A DNA stretch of 64,000 bases from an uncultured Bacteroidales bacterium (GTDB lineage: Bacteria > Bacteroidota > Bacteroidia > Bacteroidales > UBA932), in the NCBI GenBank assembly GCA_946406355.1, contig CAMJKI010000001.1, forward strand, positions 3,359 through 67,358, read 5' to 3'. Positions 27,213 to 37,293 of this stretch are shown in pieces. How positions within the stretch are numbered: position 1 is the stretch's first letter; each line of letters begins with the position of its first letter. The position numbers and the translations under genes were made by a program. Below the pieces are notes generated by a model. It did no database searches and was not told where the DNA came from. It saw only the letters and a program-made list of their open reading frames with translations.

Positions 27213-27803
27213 CTACAAAAGTGCCGTCAAACGTTCACGGATGGCCGAATACTCCCACTCGAAGTTGGGCGTGAGGATATTTTTGCCGATGGCCTCCTCC
27301 AACTGGGAAGGGCTCCACCATCGGCCTTCGGAGACTTCGGCATTGTCGGGATCCAAATCGGGATGACCCACCATCACAAAAGTAAACACGAACTCCCGGT
27401 CCCGTTCGGTTTCCCAGATATTGGTACCCAGGAAGTTGGGATTGAAAGCCTGCAGGCCCAGTTCTTCCCCAGCTTCGCGGAAAAGGGCTTCCAGCACCTG
27501 TTCCCCGTAAGTTACGTGACCGCCCACCGCCGTGTCCCAGTAGCCGGGCAGGAGGTCTTTCTCCATGGACCTTTTTTGCAGATACAGATTGCTCTCCCGG
27601 TCGAAGATATGCAGGTGCACCACCGGATGCAGCACCCGGGCGCCGCTGTGACAGTAGGCACGCGTAGCCTGGCCATAAACCAGGCCGCTGGGCTCTACCA
27701 GGGGCAGCATTTCGTCACAACCCACCAGTGGCCGGCCGGGATGGTCTGCCGAAGGGCGGGGATAAATGGGCGCAGGTTCGCTGGGATATATTAAATCCAT
27801 CAT
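27213..27803 (-). CDS. NUDIX hydrolase (IDI/YfcD-like)
   Basis: LHPVVHLH, LQKRS..KD..PG.WDTAVGGHV..GE....AL.REA.EELG. Confidence 0.88.
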   Translation of the reverse strand: MMDLIYPSEPAPIYPRPSADHPGRPLVGCDEMLPLVEPSGLVYGQATRAYCHSGARVLHPVVHLHIFDRESNLYLQKRSMEKDLLPGYWDTAVGGHVTYGEQVLEALFREAGEELGLQAFNPNFLGTNIWETERDREFVFTFVMVGHPDLDPDNAEVSEGRWWSPSQLEEAIGKNILTPNFEWEYSAIRERLTALL

Positions 27804-28552
27804 AGCTCCAGTCTTACTATAAAATGGGACTTGCCTTCCACCCGGCCTTCCACGTACCACACGGTATCTGACTCCTGCAGGCGGAACAGCTGGACCACAG
27901 TTCCGGGCGTGGTTTCCTTGTTAAAGTTGATGTAAGCATCCTTTACCTGCCGATGCTGGAGAAGCTCCCCGGGCAGGCAATCCATGGCCCACACCATGTA
28001 ACGGGCGTTATTGGCATGGCCGATGATGTCTATATCCGAATAGGAAACCAGATGCTCCCCCGCCGGTTCGGCTTCACGATCCTTAGGCAGGGCCAGTTTG
28101 GGAGCGGGTTCCGCTATGGCATCGTCCACCTGCAGTTCCACCTCCAGCAGCTGCGTCAGGTCCTCCGGACGCACCAGGCGACGGGACTGCTCGTCTATCA
28201 CCACCCAGGAACTGGTGGCGGTAACGGCCGGAAGGCCATCGGCCCCCATCAGCTGGAAATCACGCAAATAGAAGAGCCCGCCAGCTCCTTTGTGCCAGGT
28301 ATATAAGCGTACGTTGTCCCGCCAGGCGGGCAGTTTCTCAAAGTGGATATGCATCCGGGACAGCACCCAGGCTGTATGGTGAATGTGCAGGGAGTCGTAT
28401 CCGAAACCCAGCTCCTGGGCCGCCCAATAGGCAATTTCCTGGGCCACATCCATAAATGCAGCCGGTTTCAGGACCATGTTGGCATCGGTCTGGTAACAGG
28501 GGATGCAAAGGTCCTGTATAAATTTGTAGCCTTCTCTTTTAACAGGGCTCAT
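27800..28552 (-). CDS. Acyl-ACP thioesterase
   Basis: WVLSRMHI, ATSSWVVID..RR, YSDID..GHANNARY..W. Confidence 0.9.
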   Translation of the reverse strand: MSPVKREGYKFIQDLCIPCYQTDANMVLKPAAFMDVAQEIAYWAAQELGFGYDSLHIHHTAWVLSRMHIHFEKLPAWRDNVRLYTWHKGAGGLFYLRDFQLMGADGLPAVTATSSWVVIDEQSRRLVRPEDLTQLLEVELQVDDAIAEPAPKLALPKDREAEPAGEHLVSYSDIDIIGHANNARYMVWAMDCLPGELLQHRQVKDAYINFNKETTPGTVVQLFRLQESDTVWYVEGRVEGKSHFIVRLEL

Positions 28553-28558
28553 TATACG

Positions 28559-29545
28559 TTAATTGTGGAGAATCTTAAGTTCCTCCGGAGAATAAAGGAA
28601 TCTGTCCAGCCAGTCGGGCGCCACGCGTCCCACAATAGCCAGGACAATAAGCGCCGCCACTGCCAGAACGGCTATCCAAAGCAGCACTCGCAGTATTACG
28701 CGCACCCAGGCATAATCCTTCTCCGGCGGCGGAACATCCAGTTCCGGATCCAGAATGTACTCCGTGACAGGCTTGGGTGCAGGTGCCGGCTCGGGTTCCG
28801 GTTCGGGTTCCGGTTCGGGTTCAAGCTCAGGCTCCGGAGCAGCCGAAGATGTCTCCTGAGGAGCATCGGCTATCTCTTTAGCGACGATGGAGACATCTTC
28901 GGCTGTATTTGCTTCGGTAATCTCTTCTTCAGGAGTATCCACTACGGTAACCAGTTCCGGAAGCTCCTCCGTATCCTCGGGGGCAGGAGATGCCTCCTGA
29001 GGAGCATCGGCTATATTTTCAGCGACGACGGAGGCATCTTCTGCCCCTTGATCTACTGGTGCCGGAGCTTCCAGCATACCGGCCAGGCTGGACACCGCTT
29101 CCTCCACCTCTTCCCTGGTTTCTTCGTGCGTTTTAAGGGACACGGGTTCCAGGCCGAAACCGGACGGGTAAATATCCAGGTCTTCATCGGCAATAAAGAA
29201 GAAATGGTTCTCGCGCGTTGCTCTCAGACGGCCCAGGGAGGGGAAAATGATGGTTTTTCGCACCTTCAGCACTTCCTTCATTTCCGAAAGGAACTCTGTG
29301 AGGATGCGGGTAGCATCGGCCGATGAGATATGGTTGGAACTGGCGTACAAATCGGCCAGCAGCGTGTCGTTTCCCTGCTTGGGCGAGAAAAACAGCCTCC
29401 GGTACGGCGGATGGATGGTATACCCTTTGTCGGCGAATGAAGCCGGGACCACTTCCGTTACAAAGCTTCCCACGCCGGGAAGCGTGACGCTGTCGTGATC
29501 CATGATCACTTCTTTCACCATTTTGGCAAGCAGGTCTATATCCAT
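28559..29545 (-). CDS. HU-like (CCDC81-type) domain protein with acidic linker and C-terminal TM helix
   Basis: V.LPGVGSF...PP.R.L.F...D.LL and F..LG.L HU-like halves; E/P-rich linker; hydrophobic ILRVLLWIAVLAVAALIVLAIVG. Confidence 0.7.
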   Translation of the reverse strand: MDIDLLAKMVKEVIMDHDSVTLPGVGSFVTEVVPASFADKGYTIHPPYRRLFFSPKQGNDTLLADLYASSNHISSADATRILTEFLSEMKEVLKVRKTIIFPSLGRLRATRENHFFFIADEDLDIYPSGFGLEPVSLKTHEETREEVEEAVSSLAGMLEAPAPVDQGAEDASVVAENIADAPQEASPAPEDTEELPELVTVVDTPEEEITEANTAEDVSIVAKEIADAPQETSSAAPEPELEPEPEPEPEPEPAPAPKPVTEYILDPELDVPPPEKDYAWVRVILRVLLWIAVLAVAALIVLAIVGRVAPDWLDRFLYSPEELKILHN

Positions 29546-29659
29546 TGCAGCGGGCTGTTAGGGTTAATCGTACAAATTTAAAAAAATAATCTGAAAATCT
29601 TTGGAGAATCCAAAAAAGATTGTACCTTTGCAATCCCGTTCCATGAGAGCGGCAAAAAT

Positions 29660-29733
29660 TCCTCCTTAGCTCAGTTGGTTAGAGCATCTGACTGTTAATC
29701 AGAGGGTCGTTGGTTCAAGTCCAACAGGGGGAG
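29660..29733 (+). tRNA. tRNA-Asn (GTT)
   Basis: Cloverleaf TCCTCCT...AGGGGGA, anticodon arm TCTGA-CTGTTAA-TCAGA, T-loop TTCAAGT; TACCTTTG promoter upstream. Confidence 0.97.
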
Positions 29734-29736
29734 CAC

Positions 29737-29771
29737 AAAAAAGCACCTGCGATATTTGCAGGTGCTTTTTT
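29737..29771. terminator. Bidirectional intrinsic terminator
   Basis: AAAAAAGCACCTGC-GATATTT-GCAGGTGCTTTTTT. Confidence 0.85.
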
Positions 29772-29786
29772 GCTTTCAGAAGTTCA

Positions 29787-31157
29787 TTATCTTCCGCGCT
29801 GGCCAGGCTGTTGCCGGGGCTGTTCGGGGGCGGTGAGCACCTGGGCGTTCATCCACTCGAAGATATTTGCATGGCCCTGCGGCGCCACGGAACCGCCGCC
29901 GTTGTTGGACGGCTTCACATCGGCTTCGCTTTGCTCCTGCGACATAGTAACGGCGTCGTTGAAGAGGTAGCACCAGGAGAAATGTCCGTAAAGCTTCTGG
30001 CCGGGGGTATCCATACCCTCCACGCTCTCGAACATGGACATCCACACATTCTTGGCACCGGCCTTAACCATGCGCTGGAAAGTGGGGATACAGTGCGTCT
30101 TGGGATCTACTGTAGTGTCGTCAAAGGACTGGACAATCCAAATGTTCTCCTCGGCCAGCACCTTTATCTCGTTGTCGGAAATGTACTGGTCCATATATGC
30201 TTCGCAGGTGGGATATGCGGCAGCGAAGTATCTGGGATGGCGCATTAGCATGTTCATGGTCATGTAGCCGCCGTTGGAGCAGCCGCCCAGATAAATCCGC
30301 TTGCGGTCTACGTCCGGATGCTGCATCACATAATCGTCGATGCAGGATTTAAGGACATCGGAATAGACAGAGGGGTAATCACCGTGCGTAAAGCCGCCGT
30401 TGGCCGTACCCATCCACATGGTGGGGCACTGGATAGAGAGCACGTAGGCTCCCCCTTCGCCGCCTTCCGTGGTGAAGTGCGACTGAATCTGGGGACGGAT
30501 GAGCGAAACCACCTCGTTACCCAGCAGGGTGATGGACACGTCAATGCCGCCCTCGCCTCCTCCATGAAGCCAGATGATTAGCGGATTGGCCTTTCCGTCG
30601 TTCTTGAGCGACCAGGGCTCATAAGCAGCATAAGTCAGGGTGATGTCCCCCACTTTGCCGGTGGCTTTACCCGTAAAGCATCCCTTGTTGAAATAGTCGG
30701 CCTCGGAAAGGAAATCCTTGAGCGCCCTGTTGGTTTCGCATTCAATGGCAGTAAACTTCTGCTTGCCCACCTTGAGGGTCTTGCCCTTTTTCAATCCCAC
30801 CTTCACGCTGTATTCTTCTTTCCAGATATTGCCCGCCTTCGTGAGGCCGATTCCCCGGCCTGAAGCCTTTTCCAGGCCCAGTGCCAGATATTCGCCATCC
30901 GGATTGAAAGCGCCACGGGAATCACAAGGATAGACCGACAGCACGTTACGCTCGATTCCGTTGGTGTTTACGGACAGAACGGAAGGATCCGGAATGTCCA
31001 GCTTGATTTCGGGCTTTACCACCACAAAGTTTACGGCGGTAGTGGCCTCATAGGTGGTAACTCCTGCTACCTGAGGCTCCATTTTCAGCGTCTGTGCGTT
31101 GGCAGAAAGGGTTGCCGCACATGCAGCAAGGGCTGCGATTAATCTTATCTTATTCAT
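29787..31157 (-). CDS. Secreted alpha/beta-hydrolase (esterase / predicted peptidase, COG4099-like)
   Basis: Signal peptide; PLIIWLHGGGEGG, nucleophile GGCSNGG, DDTTV, GHFSW. Confidence 0.82.
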   Translation of the reverse strand: MNKIRLIAALAACAATLSANAQTLKMEPQVAGVTTYEATTAVNFVVVKPEIKLDIPDPSVLSVNTNGIERNVLSVYPCDSRGAFNPDGEYLALGLEKASGRGIGLTKAGNIWKEEYSVKVGLKKGKTLKVGKQKFTAIECETNRALKDFLSEADYFNKGCFTGKATGKVGDITLTYAAYEPWSLKNDGKANPLIIWLHGGGEGGIDVSITLLGNEVVSLIRPQIQSHFTTEGGEGGAYVLSIQCPTMWMGTANGGFTHGDYPSVYSDVLKSCIDDYVMQHPDVDRKRIYLGGCSNGGYMTMNMLMRHPRYFAAAYPTCEAYMDQYISDNEIKVLAEENIWIVQSFDDTTVDPKTHCIPTFQRMVKAGAKNVWMSMFESVEGMDTPGQKLYGHFSWCYLFNDAVTMSQEQSEADVKPSNNGGGSVAPQGHANIFEWMNAQVLTAPEQPRQQPGQRGR

Positions 31158-31177
31158 GTTGTGCTTTCTTTAATTGT

Positions 31178-32539
31178 TTACCACCTGGGATTTTCCACGG
31201 GAACAGGTTCCACCAGAACCTGTGCGTTCATCCAGTCGAAGAGGTTGCTGAACCCCTGGGGAGCCACCGTACCGCCGCCATTGTTGGTGGGTTTCATATC
31301 GGCCGTGGACTGCTCCTGGGCGCCTGTTACCTGATCGTTGAAGACATATACCCAGGAGAAGTGCCCGAAGAGTTTCTGGCCGGGCGTATCGGTACCCGTC
31401 ACGTTCTCAAACATGGAAATCCACACGTTTTTGGCTCCGGCTTCCATCAGGCGCTTGTAAGTGGGGATGCAGTATTGCGCAGGATTCACCGTAGTGTCGT
31501 CGAAGGACTGGACGAACCAGATGTTCTCCTTGGCCAGATACTGGATTTCCCGGTCGGAGATGTTGGCATCGGCATAAGCCTCGCAGGTAGGATAGGCAGC
31601 GGCAAAGAATCCGGGGTTCCGCAGAACCATGTTCATGGTCATATATCCGCCGTTGGAACAGCCGCCGATATAAACGCGGGAAGGATCTACATCCTGATTC
31701 TGATCGATATAATGGTCGATGCAGGACTTGAGGACGTCGGAATAGAGGGAAGGATAATTGCCGTAGCCGAAGCCCTTGGAGGTACCCATCCACATGGTGG
31801 GGCACTGGACTGCCAGCACGTAGGCACCCTTATCGCCGCCTTCCGTGGTGAAGTGCGACTGGATGTCGTTGCGGATAAGGGCCACCACCTCGTTGCCCAT
31901 CAGTTCAATGGATACGTCCGTACCGCCTTCGCCCATGCCGTGAAGCCAGATGATTAGCGGATTGCGTTTGCCGTCTACCCGCAGGGCTTCCGGCTCAAAG
32001 GCGCCCCAGGTAAGGGTTTCGTCGCCGGGACGGCCCGTTGAAGGGCCGGTAAATGTGCCGCGGCGGAAGAAATCGGACTCGGAAAGGAAGTTGCGCAGGG
32101 CGTGTTCCGTAGCGCAGTCCACAGCCGTGTACTTCTTACCGCCGGCCTTGATGCTCTTGCCGGGCTTCAGCGAGACCTTTACCGGATAGGCCGTGCTCCA
32201 GCTTCCCATCCCTCTGGAAACGAGCGGGGCAACGCCCCAGCCTTGACCCACTTCCAGGCCGAAAGCCAGATAGTCGCCGTTATCGGTCCATTCACCGCGG
32301 TCGTCGCAGGTGTACACTATCTTCACGTTTCTCGCGATACCGTTGGTCTCTACCGTGAAAACGGAAGGATCCAGCAAGTCCAGCTTGATTTCCGGCTTAA
32401 CAACCACCAGATTAACGGAGGTAGAAGCCTCATAAGCCGTAATGCGTACAACCTGATGCGTCATCTTGAGGGTTTGGGCACCGGCTGCCGCTGCAATAGT
32501 CATAGCCCATGCGGCCAGGATTAATTTGACAGGATTCAT
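31178..32539 (-). CDS. Secreted alpha/beta-hydrolase, paralog of the adjacent gene
   Basis: MNPVKLILAAWAMTIAAAAGA signal; PLIIWLHGMGEGG, GGCSNGG, GHFSW. Confidence 0.82.
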   Translation of the reverse strand: MNPVKLILAAWAMTIAAAAGAQTLKMTHQVVRITAYEASTSVNLVVVKPEIKLDLLDPSVFTVETNGIARNVKIVYTCDDRGEWTDNGDYLAFGLEVGQGWGVAPLVSRGMGSWSTAYPVKVSLKPGKSIKAGGKKYTAVDCATEHALRNFLSESDFFRRGTFTGPSTGRPGDETLTWGAFEPEALRVDGKRNPLIIWLHGMGEGGTDVSIELMGNEVVALIRNDIQSHFTTEGGDKGAYVLAVQCPTMWMGTSKGFGYGNYPSLYSDVLKSCIDHYIDQNQDVDPSRVYIGGCSNGGYMTMNMVLRNPGFFAAAYPTCEAYADANISDREIQYLAKENIWFVQSFDDTTVNPAQYCIPTYKRLMEAGAKNVWISMFENVTGTDTPGQKLFGHFSWVYVFNDQVTGAQEQSTADMKPTNNGGGTVAPQGFSNLFDWMNAQVLVEPVPVENPRW

Positions 32540-32683
32540 AAAAAACGGTTGTTGAATTAAATGTTCCTTGGTAATAACTGTGTGGATAAAGGTATATATA
32601 TTGCGCAAAGAACACAAGCCACCGGAACCGGGCGCATAAAAAATGAACACTCGGCAAAATGTTTTCTATATAGGGAAGTTGCT

Positions 32684-34303
32684 CTAAACCGTTACCACGG
32701 CATCGGCCCAACGGACCACTGCCTCCCGGTGAGAGATGAAGAGGATGGTCTTTTTTCCGTGGAAACGGGCGTGCAGGTTCTCCAGCAGCTTTGCCTCAGT
32801 AGCTGCATCCAGGGCCGATGTAGATTCGTCCAGGATTAAGATGCCACCCTTCCGGAGCAGGGCCCGGGCAACAGCGATACGCTGGCTCTGTCCTTCACTA
32901 AAGCCGTCTCCCACTTCTCCGCAAGGCGTATCCAGCCCTTCCGGCAAATCCAGAACAAACTGGGCCACAGCGGTTTCCAGGGCCTCTTTCATCTCCTGGT
33001 CCGTAGCCGAAGGATTGGCCATTTGCAGGTTGCTTCGGATGGTGCCGCTCAGGAGGGAATTCCCCTGCGGGATATACAGGAAGTTCTCCCGAAGGGCCGC
33101 GCCGGCGGGATATCCGCCGATGGAAATGCTCCCTTCGGAAGGTTTCAGCAACCCCAGGATCAGGCGGATAAGCGTGCTCTTTCCAATACCCGTAGGCCCG
33201 GCAATGGCGGTAAGGCTGCCGGCTTGGAAGCGACAGGAATAATCCTGGAAAACAGGCTCCTGCTGCCCCGGATAGGCATACGAGATGTGGTCCACCACAA
33301 TCTCCGGCACGTCGGCTAGGCGTATGGGATCGGCCTTGGGTTCCTGCTCCAGTTCTTCCAGCTCCATCAGTCGCTCCACAGAAGCCAGTGCATTAATAAA
33401 GGCGGGTATCTGATGCCCGAATTCGGCAATGGGCCGCTGTACCTGGCCTACCAGCTGCAGGAAGGCCGTCATCATACCGTAGGTGACAGTTCCGTGCAGG
33501 ATGCCGAAGACGCCCCAGAGGAAGGCCGCAGCATGGCCGGCCTGGAAGCCGAAGAACATGAGGCCGCGGGCTACAGCGTTATAATTCAAGCGTTTACGGG
33601 TGTTGTCCTCTATATCGGCCTGAATCCAGCCGAACTTTTCCAGCACACGTTCCATGCTGGTGAGGGTGAGTACCAGCACCCGGTGCTGCAAGCTTTCCTG
33701 CATGAGCTGCTGCAGTTCGCTTTCCCGGGCGCGAATGGCCGCCATCAGGCTACGTAACTTCTTGAAAAAGAGCTTGGAACCGAAAACAGCCGCTCCCATG
33801 AGAATAATCAGCACCCAAAGCAGGTTGGGCGCCAGATACAACAGATAGGCCGATGCAGCCAGCAGCTGCAACAGCGTTATAATAACGCCCGGAACACGCT
33901 GGGTGAGCAGTTCCGAAACCACCCGGATATCTTCTTCCAGGCGGTTTACGGTGTCGCCGGACAAGAACCTTTCCCGGCCGTCCCAGCGGCTTTGCATCAC
34001 ATGCGCAAAGAGGTTCTTGCGCAGAATGTTCTGGGATTTAACCTGGCAGTAGCTGTCCCACCAGGAGGAAAAGATTACGGAACAGAGCTGGACGGCCAGG
34101 ATGCCTGCAAACAGCCCGATAGCCGGGCCGATGGCCACGCTGCTGTTGCCCGTGGCAATATCTACCAGCAGTTTGCTGGCGGCCACAAAGCCCAGCGAAG
34201 CGGCGATGCGAAGGATTCCAATCCCCACATTCACCGCCATCCGCCAGCGGATGGGACGGGACATGCCCCAAAGGGACTTTATGCAAGCCCGGACGTCCCT
34301 CAT
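32684..34303 (-). CDS. ABC exporter, fused permease/ATP-binding protein
   Basis: Multi-TM N-domain; Walker A GPTGIGKST, signature FSEGQ, Walker B LILDESTSALD, ISHR. Confidence 0.92.
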   Translation of the reverse strand: MRDVRACIKSLWGMSRPIRWRMAVNVGIGILRIAASLGFVAASKLLVDIATGNSSVAIGPAIGLFAGILAVQLCSVIFSSWWDSYCQVKSQNILRKNLFAHVMQSRWDGRERFLSGDTVNRLEEDIRVVSELLTQRVPGVIITLLQLLAASAYLLYLAPNLLWVLIILMGAAVFGSKLFFKKLRSLMAAIRARESELQQLMQESLQHRVLVLTLTSMERVLEKFGWIQADIEDNTRKRLNYNAVARGLMFFGFQAGHAAAFLWGVFGILHGTVTYGMMTAFLQLVGQVQRPIAEFGHQIPAFINALASVERLMELEELEQEPKADPIRLADVPEIVVDHISYAYPGQQEPVFQDYSCRFQAGSLTAIAGPTGIGKSTLIRLILGLLKPSEGSISIGGYPAGAALRENFLYIPQGNSLLSGTIRSNLQMANPSATDQEMKEALETAVAQFVLDLPEGLDTPCGEVGDGFSEGQSQRIAVARALLRKGGILILDESTSALDAATEAKLLENLHARFHGKKTILFISHREAVVRWADAVVTV

Positions 34304-34569
34304 GCTTCCGCTACGCCCTCCCGGATCCAGATTTCGGCCACTTTGGCTGCGTCTTCCGCAGCCCTTTCGGCACTGACATCGTATTTTTCCAGCAGCAGGG
34401 CCGTAAGGTCTTCCAGCGTGAAATCTTTGCCCTCCACCCCTTTCCAGAGGTAGGCGGCCGACGCGTTGAGCGACAGCATCTTGTTGAAATTCACCTGGGC
34501 CAGGCCTTCGCCCACCACTACCGATTCTCCGCAAATGGTGCGGAGGATGAATCCTTCCTTAATTCTCAT
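34300..34569 (-). CDS. PqqD family protein (RiPP recognition element)
   Basis: 89 aa; F.LR.ICGE.VVV...LNASAAYLW...L...YDV..E.A..D winged-helix pattern. Confidence 0.88.
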   Translation of the reverse strand: MRIKEGFILRTICGESVVVGEGLAQVNFNKMLSLNASAAYLWKGVEGKDFTLEDLTALLLEKYDVSAERAAEDAAKVAEIWIREGVAEA

Positions 34570-34985
34570 ATCAGTCTTCTATATATTCCTAAAATGTATC
34601 TTCTAAACGGCTTCAGCACGCGCCAGAAGCGACCATCGCCGGGTACAACGCTCCGCTTTCCCCTTTGGATGAGCGTGACGGTGCCCATGATATCGGCCCG
34701 GGTGCAAGCCTCGGTCCCCACCAGGTTTCCGTCGCCCATCAGCGTTACTTTTTCTCCGTCCAGGGCGATAATGCGATGCAGCACATATCGACCGGGCAGG
34801 CGTACCAGCACAATGTCTCCCACTTCGGCGGTGTCCTTCTTCCGAAGGGTTACGCTGTCTTTTCCGCCGCGGATAAAAGGCAGCATGCTGCTGCCGAGGG
34901 GGGTGAAAACTACCTCGCGGCCCTCGTCCAGCAGCTGGCCGGCTTCTTCCAGCAGCACTTCGTTGGGCAGTACGCGTTTATCCAT
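34566..34985 (-). CDS. S24/S26 family peptidase (soluble)
   Basis: PLGSSMLPFI (Ser), GDIVL, VLHRII, LMGDGN; no TM segment. Confidence 0.85.
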   Translation of the reverse strand: MDKRVLPNEVLLEEAGQLLDEGREVVFTPLGSSMLPFIRGGKDSVTLRKKDTAEVGDIVLVRLPGRYVLHRIIALDGEKVTLMGDGNLVGTEACTRADIMGTVTLIQRGKRSVVPGDGRFWRVLKPFRRYILGIYRRLI

Positions 34986-35850
34986 GCACCGTTTTATGGC
35001 AAAGTTCGGCGGCCGCCTGGTCCGGCAGGCAGTCCAGCGTATAGCAGGGCACCTTCCCTACCAGCGATTCCAGGGTTTGGTGCCAGCCTTCGGCCAGTTC
35101 CCTGAACGGACGGAATCCGGAGGCCGACGCCATCAGGGAGGCATAGGCCTGCAAAGGAGAAAGCCGCTGAATATGGTTCTCTGGTGCCTGGCGGATGCGC
35201 ACTATGGCGCCCACGGGGACATCCATGGCCTTATAGCAAGGGGTTTTCCCGCTCCAGGGAGAACCGTACACCCGGGCCGTTCCGTCGGCTTCCAGCTTGA
35301 GGATGGGGTTGTCGTCGTTGAGGAGTTCCGTTCCGGGTATATGCTTGATCCACAGGCTGCTGTGGGTGCTTTTTCCGGTGCCGCTCTTACCCAGGAAAAG
35401 ATAGCCTTTCCCGCTGTTCATTACCACGGAGGCATGCATTTCCAGCGCCCCTTTCCGGGCCGATGAAAAGGCAAACAGCAGCATGAGCGCATTGTTGAGG
35501 GCAAAAGCATCGTCCACCCCGGTGAGCTGCAGCTGAGCCTGCTGAAAGTCTTTATCGGCCAAAAAGATGCCGGCAACGGGCTTTCCCGGCAAGGCGCTGA
35601 AGCGGAAGCGGTATCCGTCTGAATAGGTTTCTATGGTAATTTCCGGGAAGCCCGGGCCGTCGTCTGTCTTGAACAGCGGCCAGGCAAGCACTGCCGGCAG
35701 ATCCTTAACTACCTGCAAAGTGAACAGCGGCGTTTCCCCAGCCGTTTCCGGCACCTCAAACGGCTTCATATTCCGGAGTTCTTCCGGCAGCCTGCATTCC
35801 AGAGGAGTCGCTATACGCAAAAGGAACCCCGCCACTCTATAATTGTGCAT
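34978..35850 (-). CDS. HPr-kinase/PEP-carboxykinase-like P-loop protein
   Basis: MHASVV...GYLFLGKSGTGKSTH, LLNDD, VYGSPWSGKTPCY. Confidence 0.78.
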   Translation of the reverse strand: MHNYRVAGFLLRIATPLECRLPEELRNMKPFEVPETAGETPLFTLQVVKDLPAVLAWPLFKTDDGPGFPEITIETYSDGYRFRFSALPGKPVAGIFLADKDFQQAQLQLTGVDDAFALNNALMLLFAFSSARKGALEMHASVVMNSGKGYLFLGKSGTGKSTHSSLWIKHIPGTELLNDDNPILKLEADGTARVYGSPWSGKTPCYKAMDVPVGAIVRIRQAPENHIQRLSPLQAYASLMASASGFRPFRELAEGWHQTLESLVGKVPCYTLDCLPDQAAAELCHKTVHG

Positions 35851-35961
35851 TTTCATAACTTGCAAAGTTAATCAAAAAAGCGCGCAGTTACAAACGGCCC
35901 AAATATGGTGCGGCCAATTAAACTTTCCTTTATTATCCGTGTCAAAGTAATATCGTTTTAA

Positions 35962-37200
<1,239 letters not shown>

Positions 37201-37249
37201 GAAAAAGGGGGCCGAAACGCCTCCTTTTACACCCGAATGACATCTTGAA

Positions 37250-37293
37250 AACAAGTTGGGGGCAAAACAGACCGTTTTTGCCCCCAACTTGTT
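37250..37293. terminator. 18-bp perfect hairpin between convergent genes (terminator or REP-like)
   Basis: AACAAGTTGGGGGCAAAA / TTTTGCCCCCAACTTGTT; degenerate copy at about 37202-37235. Confidence 0.7.

Noticed and set aside
32581-32589. Perfect DnaA box (TGTGGATAA)
   Set aside because: Single copy overlapping a probable promoter; no box cluster or oriC-type gene context.
32540-32683. Candidate RiPP precursor downstream of the ABC gene (minus-strand MRPVPVACVLCAIYIPLSTQLLPRNI)
   Set aside because: It overlaps the promoter/UTR of the hydrolase gene and has no convincing leader or core features, so it is not supportable as a precursor.
29660-35856. Possible genomic island integrated at tRNA-Asn
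   Set aside because: No integrase, no duplicated tRNA 3' end found, and base composition looks host-like.
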